NCBI GenBank assembly: GCA_001600695.1
Contig: BCKQ01000002.1
Span: 422,890-486,889, forward strand
DNA length: 64,000 bases
Reading direction: 5' to 3'
Source of the DNA: Ascoidea asiatica JCM 7603
Taxonomy: Eukaryota > Fungi > Ascomycota
The translations under genes and the position numbers were made by a program. The notes under the pieces were generated by a model. That model was not told the DNA's origin. It did not search any database and worked only from the letters and a program-made list of their open reading frames with translations. This document shows positions 1-10,694 of the stretch, one piece after another (positions within the stretch are counted from its first letter, which is position 1; each line of letters opens with the position of its first letter).

Positions 1-2
1 AA

Positions 3-101
3 CATGATGATTTTGTGAAAGCATTACGAGAGTTAATTCCAAGTATTTCTGCAGATGAATTAACACATTATTTAAATGTAAGGAAAGAATTTGAAAAATA
101 G
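3..101 (+). CDS. PEX6: 3' end of peroxisomal AAA-ATPase Pex6 (partial, runs off the window)
   Basis: Frame 3 reads HDDFVKALRELIPSISADELTHYLNVRKEFEK* (TAG 99-101). This matches the Pex6 C-terminal pattern DF.KA...L.PS.S..EL.HY..VR..FE. Not in the ORF track. Confidence 0.75.
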   Translation, partial: HDDFVKALRELIPSISADELTHYLNVRKEFEK

Positions 102-584
102 AGTTTGAGAAACATGATATATACAGTATATATTTCAACTTTAATTACTTATAAAATTCTGTATAAAATATGATTTATGATAACAGTTTAAATCCTAAAG
201 CCCAATTTTGTTGTATTTATTATGTAGGAACGGCAAAGTGAAATAAAATTTATGAAATTTTAAATTGAAAATTTTCTTGACTAATAGTATTTTTCTTAAA
301 ATAGTATTAAATCTTTATTTGATTTTTCGAATAATCAAGACTTTAAAAGATAAATACGAAATTTGTAAATTCAATTTATAGAAGTTTTGTCACAAATTTT
401 TTCATCTCAAGATTGGTAAACTTAGTTCTTGAGGTGTATTATTTCATTTTCAAATGAAAGAGTCATTTCTCGAACAAAATTTCTTAATATATTTCAATAA
501 GCCGTTTAAATCTTGAATATAATTATTAAAAAATATGAATTTTTTAAATATCTAATGATGACCGTAGCTGAAAGTATGATAATA

Positions 585-1763
585 TTATAATCTTGATATT
601 GAGTCTGTAAGCCTTTGTATAAAAGCTTCTTCTTTTTTTAATTTATTTGAAATTTCTTCAATTTTTTTGGAATCTTTTTCAACTAATTCTTTTAATTTAT
701 TATGTTCAATAGTATTTTTAGAGATATCATTTTCATAAGTTTTAATTGATGCTTCTAAAGAAGGTAATAAAATACTTTTTTTCTTTTGTTCATTTTCTTT
801 TTCAAGTATATTTGATTTTATTTGATTAATTTCATTTTCTTCATTTTGAATTTTTTTTAAAAGTAATTGAATTTCTTTATTTAAATTTTCAACTTTTTCA
901 TCTTTTAAATTTTTTTCAATTTTTAAAGATTCAAATTCTGAATTTTCATTTTTAAAAAAATTTTGATAAATTTCATCTAATCTTTTTGTTTCAATTTCAA
1001 TTTTTGAATTATTTTCATGATTTAAATTAACTAAAGTTGAATTTGCAATTTTTATTTGTGAGTTAAAATTTTGAATTTCATTTTTTAAATTCAATTCTTC
1101 TTCAGATTGAGTTGAATCATTAATAATATCATCATACTTTTTAATTAAATCATTTTCATGTTGTTTTAATTGAAATTCATACATTTTAGAATTATGATTA
1201 ATTTCAGATTCTAATAAATTTTGTTCATAAGATATTTGATCATTAATTGTATTTATATTTAATTGAAGTTCTTTAATTTTTGAATTTAATTGTAATTTTT
1301 TTTTAGTAAAAATTAAATTATTTTTTTGTAAATTTTCAATTTTTAACATATAATCATTCATTTCATTTTTAATTTCTAAAATTTGTTTTTCTTTTTTTAA
1401 AGATTCTTTTGAATAATATTCTTCAAATTTTTTACTTACATTTTTATTTGAATTTAAATTTGAATTTGATTTTAAATATTTTAATTGAAGATTATCATTA
1501 TAATGATTTCTATTTGAATTATCAAACTGAAAAGTTGAAGAGATTCCACTGTTATTATTATTATTATTATTATAGTTTAAAGGATTTATTGATGTTATTG
1601 ATTGATTTGAATTATCATTTTGAATCAAAGATTTATTTGATCGAAAAGAATGATTTGATTGTGATAAACCATAAAGAGAAATTTTTGGAACAGTTAAACC
1701 AGTTGAACCATTTGATCTTTGATTTAACCTTTTCTTTGGAATATTATTGATTTTATCAGTCAT
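585..1763 (-). CDS. CIK1: Kar3-associated kinesin partner Cik1/Vik1-like, coiled coil only (392 aa)
   Basis: Disordered N-terminus plus a long coiled coil ending EEAFIQRLTDSISRL, similar to the Vik1/Cik1 neck (RRLENSI). Neighbours YAH1 and VTI1 match S. cerevisiae VIK1-YAH1 (YPL253C/252C) and CIK1-VTI1 (YMR198W/197C). Confidence 0.65.
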   Translation of the reverse strand: MTDKINNIPKKRLNQRSNGSTGLTVPKISLYGLSQSNHSFRSNKSLIQNDNSNQSITSINPLNYNNNNNNNSGISSTFQFDNSNRNHYNDNLQLKYLKSNSNLNSNKNVSKKFEEYYSKESLKKEKQILEIKNEMNDYMLKIENLQKNNLIFTKKKLQLNSKIKELQLNINTINDQISYEQNLLESEINHNSKMYEFQLKQHENDLIKKYDDIINDSTQSEEELNLKNEIQNFNSQIKIANSTLVNLNHENNSKIEIETKRLDEIYQNFFKNENSEFESLKIEKNLKDEKVENLNKEIQLLLKKIQNEENEINQIKSNILEKENEQKKKSILLPSLEASIKTYENDISKNTIEHNKLKELVEKDSKKIEEISNKLKKEEAFIQRLTDSISRL

Positions 1764-1767
1764 GAAG

Positions 1768-1770
<3 letters not shown>

Positions 1771-1807
<37 letters not shown>
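1771..1807. repeat. (AT)n microsatellite directly upstream of the CIK1-like start
   Basis: (AT)14 at 1771-1798 followed by a shorter AT run. Confidence 0.95.
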
Positions 1808-1808
<1 letters not shown>

Positions 1809-2283
1809 TTTATTATGTTTAGATTATAACGAAATCTTTAGAATATACAAGAGAGAATAACTAAAAAAAGTATTAATAAAGAAAAAAAGAAGAGAAAAGA
1901 ATAGAATAGAAAGAAAATGAATGAATAAGTCAATTGAAGTTATAAAAATATTATATTCTGATTAGAATATTTATCAAAAACATTCATTTTCCAATAAATT
2001 TAAAGAATTATGAAATCAAAATAAACAAATATATTCTGAAACAAGTCTTTTACAAACAAGCCTTTATTGACAAAAATTGAATAGTAAATAAGGATTTATG
2101 ATATTAACACCCGGATTTAGCTTTGTTTTCTATTTTCCAACTCAAATTAGAATATCCGTAGTAGCACGGATACTTTAATCCGCCTTTTTTATTTATCCGC
2201 TTCTCCGCGCCAGGATTTCCTCGGAATCGATCCAAAACCACAGAAAACCCAAGAAAAGTTCTGTGAAGAAAACAAAAACCACA

Positions 2284-2293
2284 GACACAAAAA
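2284..2293 (+). promoter_or_regulatory. Possible Ndt80 MSE element in the CIK1-like promoter
   Basis: GACACAAAAA fits gNCRCAAAW. The motif is short and the DNA A-rich. Confidence 0.3.
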
Positions 2294-2501
2294 GAAGACA
2301 CAAACGAGTGAATCAAAATCAACGACTTGAATCAAAGACACAAACCAAAGAAGAAGAACTTCTCCTGTTTGAAGGTGATTGGGACTACAAATGATTGAAT
2401 CGTCTCAAAAGAGTTTATTGATAATTGATAATTGATAATTGATAATTGATATTCAAGTGAATGTCACTGGCTATTTACATAATGAGATATTAAAATTACA
2501 A

Positions 2502-2854
2502 TTATTTTGAAAAATCTTTTGTTTGTAAGTTTCGAGTCATTGAAGGTAATGCAACTCTAATTCCATCTAAATTTTTAGCCATTTTAATTTGACATCCTAA
2601 TCTTGAAGTTTCTGTTAAACCAAATGCTAAATCTAACATATCATTTTCATCATCATCGGGTTCTGGAATTTCATCATAAAAATCTGGATCTACAATTACA
2701 TGACATGTTGAACATGCACAAGATCCACCACAGGCTCCTTCCATATCTAAATTATGAGCTTGTGCAATATCTAAAATTGTATCTCCTTCTGCTACTTCAT
2801 ATGTAAATTGTTCACCATCTTTAGTGATAAATGTCACATGAAGTCTAAATATAA

Positions 2855-2903
<49 letters not shown>

Positions 2904-3220
2904 TGAAATTGTTAGAAACTATGTTTTATTTTAAGAAAATAGAAAATAGAAAACAAGAAAATCAATTGCAATCTAATTGCAATTCAATTCAAGATCGAAT
3001 TAACATACTCTTTTCCAGCTTCTGGTTTTTTCAAATGTCCATGAAACTTTATAGAAGAATTTGAGAAATAACGGGTTGAAATATTATAATTTGAAATTTT
3101 ATTATGTGATATATTTTGTAATTGGGATTTATAAAAACTTTTCGAGATCAATGAATTTATTAAAAATGGATTTGATCTTAATATTTGAGTCTGACCTATT
3201 TTAAATGGAATTTTAATCAT
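2502..3220 (-). CDS. YAH1: Mitochondrial [2Fe-2S] ferredoxin; exons 3220-3009 and 2844-2502
   Basis: Splicing GA|gtatgt...tag|A joins the presequence and HGHLKKPEAGKE to LHVTFITKDG. Motifs GACGGSCACSTCH and SRLGCQ are present. Confidence 0.95.
2845..3008 (-). other. Spliceosomal intron of YAH1 (164 nt)
   Basis: GTATGT donor, TTCTAAC branch (~2911-2917), a TA microsatellite, then TAG acceptor. Removal restores the frame. Confidence 0.9.
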
Positions 3221-3856
3221 TTTTAAACAATTATGAGATTTATTTTATTTTTTTTAAATGAATTGTATTTGAATTGTATATAAAATTGATATAATATTAT
3301 AATCCTGATATATATTTTGAGTAATGAAAATCAATCCTATAACTTATATACTTCAACATATATTTTACTTTTAAATTCTCAGATTGATAATTCATAATTG
3401 GTAATCGATAATTATTTATTATTAATATATAGCTTATGTGAGGTTGTTTTCCTAATTATTTTACTTCCAAAATTTTCAATGAAAGAGCGGCGATAAGAGA
3501 AAAACGTCCCGTCAAAAAGATATCCGGAATGATTCATACTCATCTGCCCTTTCTGGTATCTCCGCCGTTGGTTGGTTTCTGCAAAAAGTTATCCAGGTTC
3601 CGGACGCGGATGAAGCTGTGTTTCCGCGCTGCTCTCACTTAGGAGATCCCGATAAAGAATATGAGAAAGACAGAGATAGAAAACAGAGATAGACACCAGA
3701 GATGGATGATGTGTGTAATAGATAATAAATAATAAAGTGTGGTTTATTTCATTCATTAAGAAAAGGGACTTTTAATAATCCAAGTAATAAAGTAATAACA
3801 AAATATCTATAACAAATACTGATAATAAAAACTTATAACAAAAAATTATAATAAAA

Positions 3857-4531
3857 ATGGCAGAAAGTGAATTATTTCAAACTTATGAATCTGATTTTCA
3901 AGTTACTTATCAAGAAGCTCAAGAAAAATTAGATCAAATTAAATTATTAGATGGTGAACCAAGAAAAGCTGCAATGAAAGCAGTTGAAAAATCAACTGAT
4001 GAATGTTATGAAATAATTGATCAAATGACTCTTGAAGTTCAAAATATATCTTCAAATGAAAGATCTTCATATAATTCAAATATTAGACGATATAGAAATA
4101 ATATTGAAAAACAAAAATCTCAATTAAAAAAATTATTAGATGATGAAGATAGAAGACAATTATTTGGTAGAAAAAATTCTCCAGATTTTAATTATAATAA
4201 TTCTAATGATCCAAATTATTCTCAAAGACAATCACTTTTAAGATCAAATGCTTCTTTAGAAAGATCTTCTGATAGATTAAGAGAATCTCAAAGAATTGCT
4301 TCAGAAACTGAAAATATTGGTGCAAGTATTTTAAATGATTTAAGAGGTCAAAGAGAACAAATTGTTAATTCAAGAAATACTTTAATGGAAGCTGATGGTT
4401 ATGTTGATAAAAGTATAAGAACTTTAAGAAAAATGACAAGAAGAATGGCAACAAATAAAATGATAACTTATGGTATAATAGCTGTTTTAATAATTTTAAT
4501 TTGCCTTGTTATTATGAGTAAATTTTGGTAG
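3857..4531 (+). CDS. VTI1: Qb-SNARE Vti1
   Basis: Habc N-terminus (LFQTYESDF), SNARE motif ETENIGASILNDLRGQREQI and C-terminal TM helix. Confidence 0.95.
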   Translation: MAESELFQTYESDFQVTYQEAQEKLDQIKLLDGEPRKAAMKAVEKSTDECYEIIDQMTLEVQNISSNERSSYNSNIRRYRNNIEKQKSQLKKLLDDEDRRQLFGRKNSPDFNYNNSNDPNYSQRQSLLRSNASLERSSDRLRESQRIASETENIGASILNDLRGQREQIVNSRNTLMEADGYVDKSIRTLRKMTRRMATNKMITYGIIAVLIILICLVIMSKFW

Positions 4532-4716
4532 ATATAGATATAGGTGAATTTATTTTTTGAGTTTTCTACAATAAATCTTTGGCCTTTTTTGGTTTTTGTT
4601 TTTTCTTAATTAAAATGAGAAAAAAAAAACAAAGATATATATATATATATATATTTATATTTATGAAAAAATAGTTACTTAATCAACTTTTTGAATTATG
4701 CTTTTTTTTTCAACTT

Positions 4717-7632
4717 TTAATTAACTTTTTCATATAAATGTCTATATAAATTTTCAAGTTGTTCTTCTAAAGCTCTATTAGCTTCCATCACTTCAACATT
4801 TTTATCCATAGTTTTCTTTATTTCTTGTTCAATTTCTGTTGCACTTTTTGCTTTTTCAATTTCTTGTGATATTTTTAATTCTTCTGAAGAAGATTTTAAA
4901 TCATTTAATTCTTTTGATAATTTATCAACTTCTAATTTAAGTTCTCTATTTTCATCTTCTAAATTTGCAATTTGAATTTTACCTTGAACCATTTCATTTG
5001 CAACTTCAACATGTTCTTGATTTAATAAATCATATGATTTTTCAAGATTTCTAACTTGTCTTGTTAATTGACCTTGTTTAGTTTTTAAATGTTCAACTTC
5101 ATCTTCTCTTTCTTTTTCTAATCTATGAATTTCTTCATATTCATTTTCATATTTTTTTAAAGTTATTGGTAAAATTTTGATATTCATTGCATCAAAAACT
5201 AAATCATCAATTTTATATTCTTCTAAAGAATTATTATCATTATTATTATTATTATTTTTAATATTAGATTGTGTCATAAATGCAAATGGATTTAAAGATA
5301 CTGGATTATTTTCAATTATTTTTGAATCTTCGATTAAATAATAATCAAATAATTTTTCTTTTAAAAAATCTAATAATTGATCAAAACTTAAAGTTAATAA
5401 TTTTTCAGAATTTTTAAGCATTAAAATTACAGAAAATTTTAAAAGTGTTTCTGAACCTTCTGCAACAAGTAAATCATAAATTCTTAAAACAATTTCCAAT
5501 GGAAATTTATATGCAAACATTGTTAAAAACCATTGTGATGCATACATTGAAGATCTAATACCTTGTCTAATTAAATGTGTATGTAAAGCAGGATCCATAT
5601 CTTCAATTAATCTATCAAATTGATATAAACGTAAATGTAAACCAGGCATTTCTGGTAAAAATAAATTTCTTAATTGATAATTTTTCATTAATTTAACTAA
5701 TAAACAAAAAGTTTCACTTTCACTCATATTCATTAATAAAGGTATAATAATAAAAGCCATACCTTGAGTATAACCAACTTCAGGATCAAATAATGAATAT
5801 GATTTTATTATATTGAATAAACTTTCAGATTTATCTATCATTGAATCATTTGAAATAAATCTTGTTCTTGAAAGATCTCTTCTTATAGCTTTTTCATAAG
5901 AACTTTGTTCTTTAATTAAAGAAGTATATAATTCTTCTAAATTAAAAGATTTTGAATTTGAAATTAATTGCCAAATCATACCTCTTAATTCTTTTGGAAT
6001 ACCTTGAGTGATTGCTTTTGATAAATCTAAAGGATTAATTTTTGCAAAATTAGTATAATCATTAACAACTTTTGACCAAAATTCCCAATCAATATTATTA
6101 TTTGAATTAGTATTAGTTGTTGTTGTTGTTGTATTATTAAAATTTGAAACAGTTGATTTAATTTCATTAAAAGTTGATCTTAAAATATTTGCACCATTTT
6201 TAATTTGTTCTTTATCTTTTTCATTTTTATTATTAAAATCTTGATTATTTTGTTGTAAACGAGATAAAAGTAAATCATAATTCAGAATTCCATCAAATTT
6301 TGAAGATTTTGAATGTAAACTTATATTACTTGTATTACTTGTATTGCTAGTGTTACTTGAATTATTAAAAGATAAAGATTTAGAAGTAGTATGAGAATTA
6401 GAAGAATTTAAAGAATTTGAAGAGATTATTGAATTTGTTGAAGTTATTGATTTTTTTTGAAACCAAGATCTAATACTTCTACGAGGAGGTAAACTTGGAG
6501 CTTTTAAGTCAAGAGATTGATCAATTAAAGCAACTGGACTTAATAAATTATTATCAACATCATTATTATTATTATTATTGTTGTTGTTATTATTTAAAGT
6601 ATCATTAATATCAATTTTTTTAATTGAAGGAGTGTTTAAAGGAGATAAACTATTATTAGTTTTATAAGTTGTTATTGTTGCTTGATTTGAGAAAGTTGAA
6701 TTTACATCAATTGAATTTGAATTTGTATTAGTATTTGCAATATTATTATTAGTACTATTTGTATTTGTATTTGTATTAGGGTTATTGGAATGATTATGTG
6801 GTAAAATATCAAAATTTATATCTTCATCACTTTCATTATCAATTTCATTATCGTGATTATTATCATTATCATTATCAATATCAATTTCTTTTTGAATTTG
6901 ATTTTGAGTATCTTTAATATTATTAAGTTTAATATCATTTGAATCATTATTTTGATTTTTTAAATCTAATTTATTTTCAAGAGAAGATAATTTAGCATTA
7001 ACTCTATTAAGTAATTCATCATCACTTAAATTTTCAGCATCATCATCTATATCATCATAATTATCATTATCATTGTCATTGTCATTATCAAGATTATTAT
7101 TATTTGAATCATTATTGATATTATTATTGAATTTTAAGGTTGAAGGAGATTTAATATTTAAAGAAGTTGATTCAATTGTATTTATTGTTTTTAAATCAGA
7201 TTTATTTTCAATTTCAATTTCATTTTTACTTACATTATTAGTTTCAATTTCTTTTTCGATTTTAGAATCATTAGATATTATTTGATTATTCTCTATATCT
7301 ATATCATTATCATTATTTATAGGATCTTTGGTATCAATCTTATCTTTTATATCTTTTACATCATTCTTATCAATTATTTCAGTAGTATCTTTAGTATCTT
7401 TAGTATCTTTATCATTGGAATCTTTATCTTTGATATTGATTTCTTTGATTGTTAAATTTGAATCAGATTCAGGTAAATTTGTATTTGAATTTAATAATTG
7501 AATTGAATCAGATTGTTTAATTGAAGATTGAGAAATAGTTGTTGAGATAGCATCTTGAAATTCAAAAGATTCAAGATCAGAAGTTGAAGGAGCACTTGTC
7601 ATATTTGTTGATAAACTTTGTGCACTACTCAT
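4717..7632 (-). CDS. GYP5: TBC-domain Rab GTPase-activating protein Gyp5/Gyl1
   Basis: IRRDLSRT (R finger), YTQGM (Q finger), YASQWFLTMF and a C-terminal coiled coil. The N-terminus is Asn/Asp low-complexity. Confidence 0.9.
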   Translation of the reverse strand: MSSAQSLSTNMTSAPSTSDLESFEFQDAISTTISQSSIKQSDSIQLLNSNTNLPESDSNLTIKEINIKDKDSNDKDTKDTKDTTEIIDKNDVKDIKDKIDTKDPINNDNDIDIENNQIISNDSKIEKEIETNNVSKNEIEIENKSDLKTINTIESTSLNIKSPSTLKFNNNINNDSNNNNLDNDNDNDNDNYDDIDDDAENLSDDELLNRVNAKLSSLENKLDLKNQNNDSNDIKLNNIKDTQNQIQKEIDIDNDNDNNHDNEIDNESDEDINFDILPHNHSNNPNTNTNTNSTNNNIANTNTNSNSIDVNSTFSNQATITTYKTNNSLSPLNTPSIKKIDINDTLNNNNNNNNNNNDVDNNLLSPVALIDQSLDLKAPSLPPRRSIRSWFQKKSITSTNSIISSNSLNSSNSHTTSKSLSFNNSSNTSNTSNTSNISLHSKSSKFDGILNYDLLLSRLQQNNQDFNNKNEKDKEQIKNGANILRSTFNEIKSTVSNFNNTTTTTTNTNSNNNIDWEFWSKVVNDYTNFAKINPLDLSKAITQGIPKELRGMIWQLISNSKSFNLEELYTSLIKEQSSYEKAIRRDLSRTRFISNDSMIDKSESLFNIIKSYSLFDPEVGYTQGMAFIIIPLLMNMSESETFCLLVKLMKNYQLRNLFLPEMPGLHLRLYQFDRLIEDMDPALHTHLIRQGIRSSMYASQWFLTMFAYKFPLEIVLRIYDLLVAEGSETLLKFSVILMLKNSEKLLTLSFDQLLDFLKEKLFDYYLIEDSKIIENNPVSLNPFAFMTQSNIKNNNNNNDNNSLEEYKIDDLVFDAMNIKILPITLKKYENEYEEIHRLEKEREDEVEHLKTKQGQLTRQVRNLEKSYDLLNQEHVEVANEMVQGKIQIANLEDENRELKLEVDKLSKELNDLKSSSEELKISQEIEKAKSATEIEQEIKKTMDKNVEVMEANRALEEQLENLYRHLYEKVN

Positions 7633-8797
7633 TATTATTTATGCTGTTGTTGTTGTTTTTATTGATATGTATTATAGATTGAGAATAAATTCATGGATTG
7701 GGATTAAGATTAGTTAGAAAGAAAGTGAGTGATTGAGATAGTCTATGAAAAGAATGAATTGTGATTATTGGTGATTGGTGATTGGTGATTGATGGTGGAT
7801 TATTAAAGAAAAGAGAAGAATTGAATTGAATTGAATTACAAAATATTTGAAATGATAGATACAGATTAATGATACAATAATGATACAATAATGATAAATG
7901 ATAAGTTATGATATTCGATACATAATAAACAGAGAGAATAAAGGTGTATTCTTTGATACTTCTGGTCTTCCAAGTCCAAGACAGCGTTGTTGAATAATGA
8001 TCTGACACACCTTGGTCTATTTACTCCATGGGCTACGTTTCCTGAAGTTCTGGCATTGTTATCACTGAGTTCTGAAGGCGGCAAGCACCAAAGGCAGTCT
8101 CCTCTCTCTGTGGCTGTCCCTGAACCACCCCCTTCCTGTCCCGTCCAGATCTTCTGTCCCTTCCAGGATCAAAACGCGAATTTTCCACCACAAACAACAA
8201 CAGCCACTACAACCACTACAACCACTGCAACCACTGCGCTTGAACTCCCTGAATCAAATAACGAACTGCAACAAAATGGCTTCCAACACAGGGTAACTGT
8301 TCTCACTTCCGATAACCTGGCCTTTTATGTTTTTTTTAGGTATCACCTGATATTTCACGCGTAATTCACAGAACATCCACCCAGCATTCGCCGTACTCTC
8401 AGTCACGCCTCTCTCTTTTTTTTTTCTTTTCCCATCGCACAATTTTTTTTTTTTTTTTTTTCTTACAATTCGCAATTTTTGCCTAATTAATTCTAACGTT
8501 TGTTGAATTTTGAATTTTGAATTTTGAAGAAACTGATAGTATAAATTTGACAATTTTCTTTAATTTTTTTTTATTTCTCTTTTTTTCCTTCTCTTTTTTT
8601 TTTCCTTGTCTACTCACACCCGAAATCATATTAGCATTTCCCTCTGAGTTATAATTTCAAGTTCTATTTAGAAATTTAATCTATTATATTTATCTATACT
8701 TATATTTATAAAATATATTTATATATATCTATTTAAATCTATTTATTTATTTATTATCAACTTACAAATCAATTAATTTTTAATCTAATCTATCATA

Positions 8798-10174
8798 ATG
8801 GGTAAAGCTAAAGCACATATTAATGTTGTCGTTATCGGTCACGTCGATTCCGGTAAATCAACAACCACTGGTCATTTAATTTATAAATGTGGTGGTATTG
8901 ATAAACGTACTATTGAAAAATTCGAAAAAGAAGCTGCTGAATTAGGTAAAGGTTCTTTCAAATATGCTTGGGTTTTAGATAAATTAAAGGCTGAAAGAGA
9001 AAGAGGTATTACCATTGATATTGCTTTATGGAAATTCGAAACTCCAAAATATTATGTTACTGTCATTGATGCTCCAGGTCATAGAGATTTTATTAAAAAT
9101 ATGATTACTGGTACTTCTCAAGCTGATTGTGCCATTTTAATTATTGCTGGTGGTGTCGGTGAATTCGAAGCTGGTATTTCAAAAGATGGTCAAACTAGAG
9201 AACATGCTTTATTAGCTTATACTTTAGGTGTTAAACAATTAATTGTTGCTGTTAATAAAATGGATTCCGTTAAATGGTCTCAAGCTAGATTTACTGAAAT
9301 TAAAAAAGAAGTTTCTAATTTCATTAAAAAAGTTGGTTTCAATCCAAAAACTGTTGCTTTCGTTCCAATCTCTGGTTGGAATGGTGATAACATGATTGAA
9401 CCATCAACCAACTGTCCATGGTATAAAGGATGGGAAAGAGAAACCAAACAAGGTAAATACAGTGGTAAAACTTTATTAGAAGCTATTGATTCTATTGAAC
9501 CACCAGCCAGACCAACTGATAAACCATTACGTTTACCTTTACAAGATGTTTATAAGATTGGTGGTATTGGAACAGTACCAGTTGGTAGAGTTGAAACTGG
9601 TACTATTAAAGCAGGTCAAATTGTTACTTTTGCCCCAGTTGGTGTTACCACTGAAGTCAAATCCGTTGAAATGCATCATGAAACCTTAACTGCAGGTTTA
9701 CCTGGTGATAACGTTGGTTTCAATGTTAAAAATGTTTCTGTTAAAGAAATTAGAAGAGGTAATGTTTGTGGTGATGCTAAACAAGATCCTCCAAAAGGTT
9801 GTGCTTCTTTTGATGCTCAAGTTATTATCTTAAATCATCCTGGTCAAATTAATGCTGGTTATTCTCCAGTTTTAGATTGTCATACTGCTCATATTGCTTG
9901 TAAATTTTCTGAATTATTAACTAAAATTGATAGAAGATCTGGTAAAAAATTAGAAGAATCTCCAAAAACTATTAAATCTGGTGATGCTGCAATTGTTAGA
10001 ATGGTTCCATCAAAACCAATGTGTGTTGAAGCTTTTACTGATTATCCACCATTAGGTAGATTTGCAGTCAGAGATATGAGACAAACTGTTGCTGTTGGTG
10101 TTATTAAAAAAGTTGATAAATCTGAAGTTGCTGCTAAAGTTACCAAAGCTGCTGCTAAAGCCGCTAAAAAATAG
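8798..10174 (+). CDS. TEF1: Translation elongation factor 1-alpha
   Basis: [15 protein letters not shown] and NKMD motifs; full-length 458 aa. Confidence 0.99.
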   Translation: MGKAKAHINVVVIGHVDSGKSTTTGHLIYKCGGIDKRTIEKFEKEAAELGKGSFKYAWVLDKLKAERERGITIDIALWKFETPKYYVTVIDAPGHRDFIKNMITGTSQADCAILIIAGGVGEFEAGISKDGQTREHALLAYTLGVKQLIVAVNKMDSVKWSQARFTEIKKEVSNFIKKVGFNPKTVAFVPISGWNGDNMIEPSTNCPWYKGWERETKQGKYSGKTLLEAIDSIEPPARPTDKPLRLPLQDVYKIGGIGTVPVGRVETGTIKAGQIVTFAPVGVTTEVKSVEMHHETLTAGLPGDNVGFNVKNVSVKEIRRGNVCGDAKQDPPKGCASFDAQVIILNHPGQINAGYSPVLDCHTAHIACKFSELLTKIDRRSGKKLEESPKTIKSGDAAIVRMVPSKPMCVEAFTDYPPLGRFAVRDMRQTVAVGVIKKVDKSEVAAKVTKAAAKAAKK

Positions 10175-10694
10175 ATAATATTATCTTTTAATCTTTAATA
10201 TTACTATTTCTTTCTTTATCATTAATTTTTACTTGAATATTATATTTGTACTCTAATAAAATTTTGTATTTTCTAATCTATTTCTTGTAATTCACATTAT
10301 CCTTACAGTAATATCAAATAATTACTGAATATAGTAAAATACTTAAACCAGCCAGCCTACGTTATTTATTAATTATTCTCTTCTTCTGTTAGCGCCAACG
10401 CCAGAGTTTCTTATTTATTTATTTATTTACTTATCAATCTTTCTTTTACCGCCCACTTCTCAATACTATTTCAATTCTTATTCAACCGCGTAATCAATTT
10501 CAGAATACAAATACTAATACTAATGCTAATGCTAACTACTTAATCTACTTAATCTACTTAATCTATATCAAAATTTAATCAAGTCAATAAATATAAACAA
10601 TACAATACAATACAATACAATACAATTACTTGTAATTGAAATAAACATTAAATGATTAAGATTATCCATCATTTAAAATCAATTGTAATATAAA

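Noticed and set aside
7691-8553. Short ORFs in the GYP5-TEF1 intergenic region
   Set aside because: Non-ATG starts and codon usage unlike real genes. They are by-products of the GC-rich promoter island, as are those at 27327-27957, 32703-32939 and 48195-48940.
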